The position numbers were made by a program, and so were the translations under genes. A DNA stretch of 64,000 nt. Origin: an uncultured Pseudomonadota bacterium (GTDB lineage Bacteria > Oederibacteriota > Muellerivitia > Muellerivitales > Muellerivitaceae). The stretch covers positions 192,001 through 256,000 of the forward strand of contig CAWJKT010000009.1 in assembly GCA_963843375.1 (NCBI GenBank). The letters run 5' to 3'. Of this stretch, positions 1 through 11,457 are shown one piece after another (positions within the stretch are counted from its first letter, which is position 1; each line of letters starts with the position of its first letter). The notes under the pieces are model-generated. The model made no database searches, was not told the DNA's origin, and saw only the letters and a list, made by a program, of their open reading frames with translations.

Positions 1-1
1 T

Positions 2-625
2 GCCGAGATCGCCTCCCGACATCCGGGCCGAGTTTATCACACCGTGGGGGCCCATCCTTCGGATGTGGATCGTTTCGGTGAAATAGAACTTTCCGAAATC
101 GAACGATTGGCCCGGGAAACAAAGCCCAAGGCTATCGGGGAAATCGGACTGGATTATTACCACGACTCAAACCGCCAAAAACAGGTGGAAATATTTGAAC
201 GAATGATTAACCTGGCACGGAATATATCACTTCCCATTGTCATTCATGATCGGGAGGCTCATGAAGATATTCATCGAATCTTGAGGGAAAAGGCCAAGGA
301 AATGAAAATCATGATGCATTGCTATTCGGCGGGACCGAATTTCGTAGATCGTTTTATGGATTTGGGCTGTCTTTTTTCCATCGCAGGGCCCGTGACTTTC
401 AAGAACGGCAAGGATCACCGGGATGCCGTCGCAAAAATTCCACTCGATAAGCTTGTAGTGGAAACCGATTCTCCTTATTTAACGCCCCACCCTTTCCGGG
501 GCCAGCGCAACGAACCCGCTTACGTGAAACTGACCGCTGAGAAAGTCGCTGAAGTTAAAGGAATAAGCCTTGAGGAGTTAGCCCTCGCTACCACGAAAAA
601 CGCCAAAAAATTCTTTGGGATTTAA
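2..625 (+). CDS. tatD: TatD family hydrolase/DNase (5' end lies before the window)
   Basis: Motifs GxHP, AIGEIGLDYY, IVIHDREA, MHCYS and ETDSPYLTPHPFRGQRNEP. Confidence 0.92.
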   Translation, partial: AEIASRHPGRVYHTVGAHPSDVDRFGEIELSEIERLARETKPKAIGEIGLDYYHDSNRQKQVEIFERMINLARNISLPIVIHDREAHEDIHRILREKAKEMKIMMHCYSAGPNFVDRFMDLGCLFSIAGPVTFKNGKDHRDAVAKIPLDKLVVETDSPYLTPHPFRGQRNEPAYVKLTAEKVAEVKGISLEELALATTKNAKKFFGI

Positions 626-763
626 GTTTCGAGATTAAGCCCCTAAATCTCTAAAAAAGGGGCCGGATCGTTTTAAAACCCCGCAATTTAACTGAAGATT
701 TATTGTCCTCTCAAGGTGTTTGGGTTTTAAGACAAAAAGCCCAGGCAGTCCTCAACCCTGGAA

Positions 764-1195
764 TCAATTTCCCGTCAGCCGGTCGACGGACCTGACCAGC
801 CTTGGAAACTCGAACATATTCATCGGTTTGACCAGGTACTCCTCCGCTCCCAAGGCGTGAGCTCGCCATTTGTCCTTTTCGTTTTCGGAGGCAGTAACCA
901 CCAGCACCGGGATATGGCTCAAATGGGGGTCCTGCTTCATGTTCCCGAGCACATCCCACCCGTTTATATTCGGCAGGTTCAAATCAAGGAGGACCAAGTC
1001 AGGATCGGGCTCGCCGATGTAATGGCCTTCGTGTTGGAGGTAGGCTAAGGCCTTCGCACCGTTATAAACCACCGATAAGTGGACCGAATGTTTGCTTTGT
1101 TTGAGAACTCCTCGGATGAAAAAAACATCGGTGGGATTGTCCTCTACCAGCAGTATTTCAACGTGTTTAGATTTTTCTTCCTGGATCGCGGGCAT
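764..1195 (-). CDS. Single-domain CheY-like response regulator (Rcp1-like)
   Basis: ILLVEDN, PDLVLLDLNLP (phosphoacceptor Asp), VVTAS and YLVKP motifs. Confidence 0.9.
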   Translation of the reverse strand: MPAIQEEKSKHVEILLVEDNPTDVFFIRGVLKQSKHSVHLSVVYNGAKALAYLQHEGHYIGEPDPDLVLLDLNLPNINGWDVLGNMKQDPHLSHIPVLVVTASENEKDKWRAHALGAEEYLVKPMNMFEFPRLVRSVDRLTGN

Positions 1196-1555
1196 TTTGT
1201 CTCCTTATCAATCGTGAAGATTTTTTCTTTTGGATCCTTTGTTTGGCAGAGAGTTGTATGACTCAGATATATTCATCCGGCCATTTTGTTATTTCAACCC
1301 CCGAAACTTACAATCCAGGTTTTTCGATTACTCTAATCTGAAATTAAGGGGGATTTTTTCTTGAATCGGCAAGACAAAAATTTTGCCAAAATCAATTTGG
1401 TTTTGAAAACGCATTTTTAACAAGTTTTTTCTCAACCGGAAATCGGTTTTATGGATGCAATTTTCCTTGGAGGTTTTTACCGAGTCGGCCTTTCAATTTA
1501 TTCGGTTTTTTATCCATAATCCAAAACTCGAAATCACAAAAGGGGAGGTGCGGGC

Positions 1556-1882
1556 ATGGAAAGAATTCTTTCAAGGTCGCGGTTCAACATCAGCAGCCTG
1601 TTGGCGGTGGCTGGTTTTTCGATATTATGCGGTTTCACCACCACAGCATCCGCCGAGACGACCGGCCCCGATCCGATTAATTTCTCCATGGTTTTAGCCG
1701 TTCTTATGACCGTGGTTATGCTGGTTTTTGAGGTGTGGTTGTTCTGGAAGGCGTGGAAGAATCGGTTGCCGGAGGAGGAACTCAATCCCACGGCGGCAAT
1801 CCAATCCCCACGCCCCGTTATCGTTCGGGTACCTGTCCAAAGAAAAAGAACCTCGAGGCAGAGAGATAAGGTGTTGGTTTAA
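1556..1882 (+). CDS. Small hypothetical membrane protein
   Basis: GGGGAGG RBS upstream of ATG, signal-like N-terminus, one further TM segment and a basic tail. Confidence 0.55.
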   Translation: MERILSRSRFNISSLLAVAGFSILCGFTTTASAETTGPDPINFSMVLAVLMTVVMLVFEVWLFWKAWKNRLPEEELNPTAAIQSPRPVIVRVPVQRKRTSRQRDKVLV

Positions 1883-1994
1883 ATCCTTGGAGATGGTTTT
1901 AACGGTTTGTGAGTCAAAAAATACTTTCAAACCTCATGAACTGCCGATGACTGGTAAAACTACGGATGAAATTTCTTTTGCTTGGTCCCAAAGT

Positions 1995-3920
1995 TTATTG
2001 TGCTGAAAGGGACTTGACGATTTGAAGGGCAACGGGGTTTTGTGGTTGGTCCATTAAGACCCGTCGCATGCAAGTCAGGGCATCGTTGTACCGTTTTGTG
2101 TAGTAGTACAAACAGCCCAGATTATAGTAATAATCAAAATATCTTTCCTGAGACCTTTGGATTCCCTCCAGCAAACATGTTTCCGCAACATCTGGATGAT
2201 TCGTGTAAGTGGTGAAAATGCCTAAGTTCAAAAGTTCATTGGAATAAGCTGAAGGTTTATAAAAATCTCCCAAAAGGTGACTCCAGCCAGGTGGTGGAAT
2301 CGAAAGCAGGGAAGGAGCTTGGGAAATAATGGATTTGGAAAGTCCCCTTTCCTTCAAAAGTCGATCGTAATCCAAACCCGCAATTTGATCCGCGTAACCT
2401 TTGCGAACGTAAAGGGCTGTGCATTCATCCAGATAGACTAGTCTCCAATCGGGCATTTGGCTGAGATGAACCATCCATGGCATGGCGTAGAGCGGGTTGA
2501 AGAAAATAATATCGGGTCGGTATTTTTCGATCAGGGGTTCCAAGCCTCCTTCGGCAAGTGAGGCCGAATATTCCTTGAAAAAATCATTACCCATTACGTC
2601 TAACCGGCTATCCACGAAGGTTTTTTGCGGGCCTTTCCAATCCAGCCAATCTCCCGCGTCCAAGGTGTTGATGATCCTCCCATCTAAGTGGTTTTGGACC
2701 AAAAAATCGCAGGCCCGGTCCGGCATTGTCCCGGTGTCCAGTCCCAGGCCAAAACGATCCGAGAGACGGTTGGAAACATAATGGGCGTTGGTAACCACCC
2801 GGAGAGAGAATCCGATTAGAAACAGCGTCAAGGTCCAAGCGAAGAGTGGTTTAGCAATGAAGCGATCCTGAAACTTTTGAAGCCAGGTCCACCTCAAATC
2901 TTTCCAGCAATGGGCCGCAAGGGGAATACAAGCAATTATGAACAAAGGAATATTTCGAACTGCGGTGGCGGAAAGTCCAAAAAAAAACAAAACGAGAAGC
3001 CATTCGTGGATCTTCCGATGTCGAAAAGTGGCTACCAGCAAGACAAAAAGAAACAGGCTGAATGCCTTATAAATCAGCAGATAGGAGGGGGGTATCCAGG
3101 AAAAGGAATCGTGAATGGACCAAGGCGGCTGGAATTCTTTCGCGGCGTATTTGAAGATTTCCGATGAACCAAGGGTGCTAAGGAAAGAAAAAGGGAAAAG
3201 AAAGCCCCGAATAAAATGAGGATTCAATAAGCACAGCGCCACAGCCAGAGCCGAATATTTGATCAGCTTCTTATCGGCCTTGGCGGAACTAGCAAATCCG
3301 TAAAGCGCGTAAAATCCCATGATTCCCCAACCGATAAAGAAAAGGCCCTCGGTATTGACCCAAATCCATTGAATCCAGGGGAGTAAGAATAAGAGGTCTT
3401 TCTTTCCTGCTGCCCTCAATTCCAATATCCAAAGGGTCAGGCTTAAAAGGACCCAACTAAGTACCTCGGGTCTTACTCTTATGCGGGTTTCGGAAGCCAG
3501 GACAGCAGCGGCGAATAAAAGTACGCACATCCAAAGGGGCGCGTGGACTAGACGCAAACGAATCCAAACCAGGAAAAAAGCCATCAGGGCAAAACCTATA
3601 TGGGAAAGGGAAAGCCAAGTATACCCACCGACGCGGTAAAGCAGATAAAGAGGAACTTGATAAAAGCTTTCCATATCCAGATATTCGTGCCCGGAAACGG
3701 TATAAGTGAAGGTATCAATGGTTGGGAATTGGTGGTTCTGAAATATCCATTGCCCGGTTCGAAGGTGGAAACCCATATCCGAATCGTTAATCCGATGGGT
3801 TCCGAAAATAATCAGCAAAAGAAAACTACCGGAAAGAGGTAAAAGCCAGGGATTGAGGGATGAGAATAGGCTTGAACCGGTTGAGGAAATGGAGTTTTTA
3901 AGGGGGGGTGTTGAACTCAT
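1995..3920 (-). CDS. Polytopic membrane protein, putative GT-C-like glycosyltransferase, with C-terminal TPR
   Basis: Many TM segments, DMGFHLRTG loop motif, FVDSRLD motif and C-terminal YYNLGCLYY...ALTC TPR-like repeat. Confidence 0.6.
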   Translation of the reverse strand: MSSTPPLKNSISSTGSSLFSSLNPWLLPLSGSFLLLIIFGTHRINDSDMGFHLRTGQWIFQNHQFPTIDTFTYTVSGHEYLDMESFYQVPLYLLYRVGGYTWLSLSHIGFALMAFFLVWIRLRLVHAPLWMCVLLFAAAVLASETRIRVRPEVLSWVLLSLTLWILELRAAGKKDLLFLLPWIQWIWVNTEGLFFIGWGIMGFYALYGFASSAKADKKLIKYSALAVALCLLNPHFIRGFLFPFSFLSTLGSSEIFKYAAKEFQPPWSIHDSFSWIPPSYLLIYKAFSLFLFVLLVATFRHRKIHEWLLVLFFFGLSATAVRNIPLFIIACIPLAAHCWKDLRWTWLQKFQDRFIAKPLFAWTLTLFLIGFSLRVVTNAHYVSNRLSDRFGLGLDTGTMPDRACDFLVQNHLDGRIINTLDAGDWLDWKGPQKTFVDSRLDVMGNDFFKEYSASLAEGGLEPLIEKYRPDIIFFNPLYAMPWMVHLSQMPDWRLVYLDECTALYVRKGYADQIAGLDYDRLLKERGLSKSIISQAPSLLSIPPPGWSHLLGDFYKPSAYSNELLNLGIFTTYTNHPDVAETCLLEGIQRSQERYFDYYYNLGCLYYYTKRYNDALTCMRRVLMDQPQNPVALQIVKSLSAQ

Positions 3921-4086
3921 CGGCCAATTATAACAAAGGGAATTTTTAAGTTCGTTTCCGCGTGTCGTGTTTTAAAAGACTAGGATTGTGTTTGTGGCGT
4001 TTTTTGGCCTTTTTGCCATCCTTCTATTGGCTTTGAAGCCCTTCCGAGTAAAATAACCCTTCCCAATTACCCGGAAAGGTAAAGAC

Positions 4087-5115
4087 ATGATCCGCGAAGC
4101 CTTAATTAAACTATCGCAAAAGAATTCCTTGCTCGAAAAAGAAACCCACGAGTGCATGCTGGAGATATTGGAAGGCAAAGCCACCCCGGCGCAGATTGCC
4201 AGTTACCTTTCGTTTTTAAGCTATAAAGGTGAAACGGCGGATGAAGTTGTGGGCAGCGTTACGGCTATGCGGGAAAAAATGGGAAAGGTCAACGCCAATG
4301 GATTAAGCGCCATTGATGTTTGTGGGACCGGCGGTGACCATCGCGGAACCTTCAATATATCCACCTGCGCCGCATTGGTTTTGGCAGGCGGGGGTGTCGT
4401 GATAGCCAAACATGGAAACAGGGCCGCTTCCAGCCAGTGCGGTAGCGCCGAGGTATTGGATACCTTGGGGGTGAAGATTGATCCGACCACTTATGTAATC
4501 GAGAAATGTCTCCAAGAGGCCAAAATTGCCTTTCTTTTCGCCCCCCATTTCCATCCCGCAATGAAAAACGTGGGTCCACTCCGCAAAGAGATGGGCATCC
4601 GAACGCTTTTTAATTTTTTAGGACCAATGTCCAACCCAGCTTCGGTTAAGAGGCAAGTGATAGGGGTTTCGGATCCCTCCAAAACCAAAATAGTGGCTGA
4701 GGCCCTCACCCGGTCCGGAAGCGAAAGGGTCATTACGCTGACAAGTCTTGATGGTTTGGATGAGGTTTCATGCGCGGACATGACGGAAATAAACGAGTGG
4801 TATCCAAATCAAAATCCCAAAACTAATCAGGGCGAAACTTTTCGCATTTCTCCCGAGGATTTTGGCTTTCAACGGCACCCACTGAAGGAAATTATGGGCA
4901 GCGACGCCATTTCAAACGCCAAGATTGTCACGGAAATCTTGAACGGTGAAAAAGGACCTAGGCGAGAGGTGGTTGTCATGAATGCCTCCGTTGGTTTTTA
5001 TTTGGCTGGGAAATGCCCTTCGATTAAAGAAGGAAGGGCCTTGGCTGAGGAATCCCTTGATTCTCATAAGGCCCTGGATGTCCTGGAAATTTTGAAAAGG
5101 GTTTCCCACTCATGA
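4087..5115 (+). CDS. trpD: Anthranilate phosphoribosyltransferase
   Basis: DVCGTGGD, FNIST, KHGNRAASS and LFAPHFHPAM motifs. Confidence 0.97.
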   Translation: MIREALIKLSQKNSLLEKETHECMLEILEGKATPAQIASYLSFLSYKGETADEVVGSVTAMREKMGKVNANGLSAIDVCGTGGDHRGTFNISTCAALVLAGGGVVIAKHGNRAASSQCGSAEVLDTLGVKIDPTTYVIEKCLQEAKIAFLFAPHFHPAMKNVGPLRKEMGIRTLFNFLGPMSNPASVKRQVIGVSDPSKTKIVAEALTRSGSERVITLTSLDGLDEVSCADMTEINEWYPNQNPKTNQGETFRISPEDFGFQRHPLKEIMGSDAISNAKIVTEILNGEKGPRREVVVMNASVGFYLAGKCPSIKEGRALAEESLDSHKALDVLEILKRVSHS

Positions 5116-5895
5116 GTATCCTCCAGAAAATCGCTGAGACTAAAAGGGTGGAAGTTGCCCGAATTGATAAAAGAAAGGGGATTGTCGTCTCTGATCCAGG
5201 GCGCGAAGGCCCAAACGGCTCCGCTCGATTTTTTGAAGGCCGTTCACAGTCCTGGGAAGCTGTCGATTATTGGTGAACTAAAAAAGGCGAGTCCTTCCAA
5301 GGGAGTCTTGCGGCAGGATTTCCAAATCGAACCACTGGCAAGGGCTTATGCCAAGGCGGGGACCCAGGCCCTTTCGGTATTGACCGATGTCCAATATTTT
5401 CAGGGGAACTTTCTTACTTGAAAAAGGCCAAAGAAGCCTCGGGCTTGCCAGTCTTGACGGAAGGATTTTCTGATCGACGAACATCAAATTTACGAAGCTC
5501 GTGAAGCAGGCGCGGATGCCATCCTTTTGATCGTGGCCATGATGCCGCCCGCCAAATTAAAGGAACTCATGGCGATCGCCGATGAATTGAAGATGACGAC
5601 CTTAGTGGAAGTGCATGATGAAAGGGAATTGGAGGTTGCGCTTCGGGTCGGAACCCGGCTGATTGGGATCAATAACCGGAATTTGAATGATTTCACCGTA
5701 AGCCTTCAAACCACCCTTGATTTGATGAAGAAATGTCCCAAAGATTTGCCGGTGGTGAGTGAAAGCGGCATATTCACCCGCGAGGATTGCCTTCTTTTGA
5801 GAAAGGCGGGGGCTTCCACTGTCCTTGTCGGCGAGGCTTTTATGACATCGCCCGACGTGGAGGCAGCTGTGAAGGCGTTGATGCCCACAAAATAA
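5112..5895 (+). CDS. trpC: Indole-3-glycerol phosphate synthase (frameshifted in this sequence)
   Basis: MSILQKIAE start overlapping the trpD stop; ELKKASPSKG, SVLTD, KDF, GINNRNL and SESGI spread over several frames. Confidence 0.92.
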
Positions 5896-6000
5896 TTTCG
5901 ATTTAATTTTTATACCGAAGTTCCATTGTCGCGGTTGTTCGCTTGTTGGGCGGACCCTTCATGCAATGACGGCGGTTTAAATTAAGTATTGAGGATTTAA

Positions 6001-6637
6001 ATGTTTAGCGTCAAGATTTGCGGGGTTACCCGCCTGAGGATATTCGAATCGAATCGCAAAAGCCGGGCGGAGATGCCATAGGATTCCAAATGTCCATGGG
6101 CCCCCGTAAGATTACCCCATAGCAGGCCAAGCGCTTCGTCAAGCGGGTTCCCCCCCGGTTGCGCCGGTCGGCGTTTTCGTGAACGAAGCGCTTTCAAAGG
6201 TAAAAAGGTTGATTAAACTTTGCGGTTTCCAAGCAGTCCAATTGCATGGGGACGAAACCGTCATCCTATTGCGGGAAAATCAATATTCCGGTCATCAAGG
6301 TGATTCGGATGAAAAAACCACAGTTTACAACGGCTTCCAGGGCTTTCCGGTTGCGGCCTATTTATTGGACTCCTATAATAAAAGCATCCCCGGTGGAACC
6401 GGCCAAAATTTCCAATTCTCATGGGCCCGGAAAGCGGTTCAAAAGCTTCCAGCCCCGGTTTTAATTGCTGGTGGATTAACATCGGACAATGTCCAAAAGG
6501 CTATCCGGTCCTCCCACGCTTTTGGAGTGGATGTATCCAGTGGCGTGGAAATCCGGCCAGGCCTCAAAGATCCCCGCAAAGTTTCCCTTTTTATCCGTCG
6601 CGCGCAAAATGCCTTTCATACTCTTGAAGAAAATTGA
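6001..6637 (+). CDS. trpF: Phosphoribosylanthranilate isomerase (frameshifted)
   Basis: MFSVKICGVT at 6001, QLHGDE, GGTG, IAGGL and GVDVSSGVE motifs. Confidence 0.9.
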
Positions 6638-6643
6638 GGCTTC

Positions 6644-7224
6644 ATGGCCGACCAGAAATCGCTCACCATCAAATTGGCCCACATTTACTATCACACGGGA
6701 AGTTGGGATAAAGCCATCGTGGAGTACGAGAAGATCATTGGCATGGATCCCGATGATTTAACGTCCACGTGACCTTGGGGGAGTTGTATTTAAAAAAAGG
6801 GGATTTGGAAAGGGCCTTCAAGGAATTCGAACTTTCGGCCAATGGGTATATGAGGGAGAAAAACGTCAAGAAGGCCGCGGGTGCTTATCCGTGAAATGGC
6901 TAATTTGATCCAGAAAATGGTGGAGCCCCAGGATATTGAGAGGGCGATTGGTCTTTACAAAGATATTTTAAAAAATTGCCCGAGTCAACTGAAGCCATGA
7001 CCAATCTTCGTGACCTTTATCTACGACATAACCAAATTGCTGAAGCGATTTCCTATACCCTTTCCTTGGGCGATCTTTATAATCGCTTGGATTACGTGGA
7101 CAAGGCCGAGAATGAATATGTTAAGGCCGCCACCTTGGATCCGGCCCACGCGGGAGCCAAGGAGAAACTGGAACAATTGCGAAATGAAACTCAATACGAA
7201 ACAAGCCTCAAGGGGGTGGATGAG
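6644..7224 (+). CDS. TPR-repeat protein or domain inside the trp operon (frameshifted; reads in frame into trpB)
   Basis: [32 protein letters not shown]..., [10 protein letters not shown] and [29 protein letters not shown] patterns. Confidence 0.7.
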
Positions 7225-8434
7225 TTGTCTTCCCTTCCGAATACTCAAGGCTACTTTGGTCCCTATGGGGGCCAATATGTACCTGAAACCCTGATGGTGG
7301 CTTTAAGGGAATTGATCACGGCCTATGCCCAATCCCGAAGAGACCCCCGATTTAAAAAAGAAATCCAGTATTACCTTTCTGAATATGACGGACGGCCCAC
7401 CCCTCTGACTTTTGCCGCCAATTTGACCCGGTTGCTCAAGGGCGGGCGAATTTATCTAAAAAGGGAGGATCTGAATCATACCGGAGCGCATAAAATCAAC
7501 AATTGCCTGGGCCAAATTCTTTTGGCGCGGCGAATGGGGAAAAAGCGAATAATCGCGGAAACCGGCGCTGGCCAGCATGGCGTGGCCACCGCCACCGTTT
7601 GCGCCTTGTTTGGAATGCAATGTGAAGTCTATATGGGCGAGGAGGATGTCCATCGCCAGGCATTGAATGTTTTTCGCATGAAGCTGTTAGGAGCCCAGGT
7701 TCATGCTGTTTCTTCCGGTACCAAAACCCTCAAGGACGCCATGAGCGAGGCCATTCGGGACTGGGTGACAAATGTCAGGACAACCTATTACCTCATCGGC
7801 TCCACCGCCGGTCCCCATCCTTACCCCATGATTGTCCGTGATTTTCAAAAGGTGATCGGCGAGGAAGCCCGGCGCCAAATTTTAAAGCAGGAGGGAAAGC
7901 TTCCGGACACTTTGGTGGCTTGCGTCAATGGCGGCTCCAACGCCATCGGCTTGTTTTATCCTTTTATTCGGGACAGAAAAGTAAAAATGGTCGGGGTGGA
8001 AGCGGCTGGTGATGGGGTCCAAACCCGCCGCCATGCCGCCACCATGGCGAAAGGAAAACCCGGCGTCCTGCATGGCAGTTATAGCTACGTATTGCAAGAT
8101 CCGGATGGCCAGATCGCTGAGACCCATTCCATTTCAGCGGGGTTGGATTATCCCGGCGTGGGACCCGAACATGCTTGGTTGAAAGATACCAAGAGGGCGT
8201 CTTACGTTTCGGTGACAGACAAGCAAGCTTTGGAAGCTTTTCAAATACTTGGCCCGCAATGAAGGAATTCTTCCGGCCTTGGAAAGTGCCCATGCGGTTT
8301 TTCAGGCCATGAAATTAGCGCCCCGGATGAAAAAAACGTCTATCCTCATCGTGAATCTTTCGGGACGGGGAGATAAGGACGTTAATACCGTTTTGGAACG
8401 TCTGGGTTCCGGCTTTAAAGGCGCAAAGAAGTGA
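7225..8434 (+). CDS. trpB: Tryptophan synthase beta chain (frameshift near 8250)
   Basis: [24 protein letters not shown] (PLP Lys), [22 protein letters not shown] and NLSGRGDKD. Confidence 0.96.
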
Positions 8435-9243
8435 GCCGCCGCCTTCACCGTCTATTCCAGGAGGCAAGAGCCCAGCATAGGCCGCTCTTTTTACCTTATA
8501 TTTGCATGGGATATCCCGACCTATAAAGCATCCTTTAAAGCGGCGCAGAAGCGGCTTTGAAAGGCGGTGCCGCGGCATTGGAATTGGGCGTGCCATTTTC
8601 CGATCCCATCGCGGATGGGCCTACGCTTCAAAAAGCCACCCACCTTTCTCTTGAAAATGGAACCCGATTTGCCGATGTTTTCCGGATGATCAAGGATTTG
8701 AGAAAGAAGGGTTTTTCGCAGCCACTGTTGGTCATGACTTATTTGAACCTGGTGGAACAAATGGGCCGGGGAAAATTTGCGGAAGTTCTTTTGAACTCCG
8801 GGCGGTGATGGGGCCATCATTCCGGATTTGCCTTTGGAACAATTTCCACCTTTTCGTCATTTTGATGCGTCGAAAAAACCTGGCTTTAATCCCTTTTATT
8901 GCCCCGACTTCCAGCCAGCGAGAGGATCAAAAAGGCCGATGCCCAAGGGGCGCCTTTTTTGTATTATGTCTCGGTTACAGGAGTGACGGGAGCCCGCAAA
9001 AAACTGGCGCCTGGTCTTTTATCGACATTGGGACGTTTAAGGAAGCAATTGAAAACGCCATTGGTAGTGGGATTCGGCATCTCCACTCCCGCCCAGGCGG
9101 CCCAGGTTGGAAAAGCGGCGGATGGCGTGATTATCGCCAGCGCGTTGGTGCAATTGATTTCGAAAACAAAGGTTTCCGAAATCGGTAAAGCGGTCGAAGG
9201 ATTTTGCCGACAGGTCGTAAAACAACTTTCAGCAAGCAGGTGA
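8431..9243 (+). CDS. trpA: Tryptophan synthase alpha chain (frameshifted)
   Basis: [33 protein letters not shown] and ADGVIIAS motifs. Confidence 0.93.
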
Positions 9244-9277
9244 GGGGTTTTTTAACTAAAGTTTGAAGGAGCTCTTC

Positions 9278-10119
9278 GTGGTTTGGTACCAAAAACCAAA
9301 AAAAGAAATCACCAAAGTCCAAGGGAAAAAAGCAAGTCCAGGTTCCCCAGGGTCTCTACGCCAAATGCAAGGGCTGTTCGGCGATTCTCTATAACAAAGA
9401 CCTGGATAAGAACTACAAGGTTTGTCCCAAGTGCGGTTATCATTACCAGCTTTCCGCCCTGGAACGCCTTTATTTGACCTTGGATTCGGGCTCTTTCGAG
9501 GAATTCGACGAAAAAATGGTTTCGGAGAATCCTCTGGGTTTTCCGGAATACGATGACAAGCTCAAAAAGGGCCAGGAAAAGGCCAAAATGAACGACGCGG
9601 TCATCACTGGTTTGGGCAAAATCAACGGTCAACCGGCTTCTATCGCGATTATGGATTTTCAATTCATGGGCGGAAGCTTGGGCAGCGTGGTGGGGGAGAA
9701 AATCACCCGGGCCGTGGAACGCGCAATCGAGAAAAAGATTGGGGTCATCATCGTTTCCACTTCGGGCGGCGCCCGCATGCAGGAGGGGATTTTTTCCCTG
9801 ATGCAAATGGCGAAGACTTCGGCCGCTTTGGCGCGTTTGAGGTGAGGCGGGATTGCCTTATATCTCCGTTTTGACCGATCCCACCACGGGCGGAGTGGCG
9901 GCTTCCTTCAGCATGTTGGGCGACGTGAATCTGGCCGAACCGGGGGCCATGATTGGTTTCGCGGGACCAAGGGTGATCGAACAGACGATTCGGCAGAAAC
10001 TTCCAAAAGGGTTTCAACGCGCGGAATTCCTCGTCGATCACGGGTTTGTGGATGCCATCGTTCCCCGTAGTGAAATGAAGCAAATCCTTGGGAAGTATCT
10101 GAAGTTCTTCCGGTCTTGA
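9278..10119 (+). CDS. accD: Acetyl-CoA carboxylase carboxyltransferase beta subunit (frameshifted)
   Basis: Zn finger KCKGC...[28 protein letters not shown] and TTGGVAASF. Confidence 0.94.
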
Positions 10120-11416
10120 AACCGAAGCTCCAACTAGAATCCCTTGAGCAATTGGGCTGGCGGTTTGGACTTCAAACCATTCAGGCCCTATTGGGTGAGT
10201 TAGGCCATCCCGAATTTTCCCTCAAAGTCGTCCATGTGGCTGGTTCCAACGGCAAAGGCTCCACCTGCGCTTTCATGGCATCCTTTCTTCGGGGGCAGGG
10301 TTATAAAACAGGGCTTTACACCTCCCCCCATCTTTGCGATATCCGTGAAAGATTTCGAATCAACGGGACTTGGATTTCCGACAAAGGATTTCAAAGACAC
10401 ACTCCGAGATTGTTTTAAAAGCTTGCGAGCGGGTTGAAAAATGAAATCCGGCCATTTGCCCACTTATTTTGAGGCCTTGACCGCTATTGCATTTTCCTGG
10501 TTTCGAGGAACAAAAAGTGGATTGGCTGGTTCTCGAAGTGGGCTTGGGTGGGCGGCTTGATGCCACTAATGTGATTCCCCTGCCCCGGCTTTGCCTAATT
10601 ACCCCCATCGGGCTGGAACACCAAAATATCCTTGGAAAAACCATTCGAAAAATAGCCTGGGAAAAAGCAGGTATTCTGAAGCAAGGAAGCCTTGCGGCAA
10701 CGCTTCAATACCACCCCGAGGCGGCCAGAACCATCGAACAAACCTCCCGCGAAAAAGGAAGTAAGCTTTGGTTGTCAGGACGGGACTTTCACCATCGAAA
10801 AACCAAAGAAGGTTTTTACTGGGAGGGCCCGGGATTAAAGCACCATTTCAAATTACCTGACTTTCCGGATTACCAAGTGGACAATGCCGCCCTTGTGGTT
10901 GCGGGTATACAAGGTTTAAATCGGTTTGGGGTATTGGCGGCCCCGCAAAAAATCGAAAACGCGTTTCAAGCCATGCGCTGGCCGGGGCGGGCCGAAATGA
11001 TCCTCAAGAAACCGTTGGTTCTTCTGGACGGGGCCCATAATCCGGAAGCGGTCAAGGCGCTAAGTTCTTTTTTAAGAAGCCGTTACCCTCAAAAAAAATG
11101 GATCGTGGTTAATGGCTTTCTTAAGGACAAGGATTTCGGCGCTTGCGTGGATTTGTTAAGGCCCTTGGCCGCCTTGTCCATCGTTACTGAACCACAGAAC
11201 GGCCGGAAGAGGAACGCGGAAGAAGTTTTCGCCGCGTGGGAACGCGGGGGAGTCCACGCCCTTTTGGTGAAAGAGGCTTCCAAAGCCTTGTCGTTGGCTT
11301 TGGACAAATCTCGCACAATCGGGACGGGGATGGGCCTATTGGTTACGGGATCACTTTATTTAGTGGGAGAGTGCCGGAAATGTTTGGTGGGGTTAAAAGG
11401 GCTGACGACAATTTAA
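10116..11416 (+). CDS. folC: Folylpolyglutamate synthase/dihydrofolate synthase (frameshifted)
   Basis: [29 protein letters not shown] and LDGAHNP; classic trpA-accD-folC synteny. Confidence 0.94.
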
Positions 11417-11457
11417 AGTCACCCGGGGGTCGTTCCAATACCGCGCCCGGTCCATGG

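Noticed and set aside
1200..1550. AT-rich intergenic region as a riboswitch or ncRNA
   Set aside because: No recognisable conserved motif; consistent with divergent promoters.
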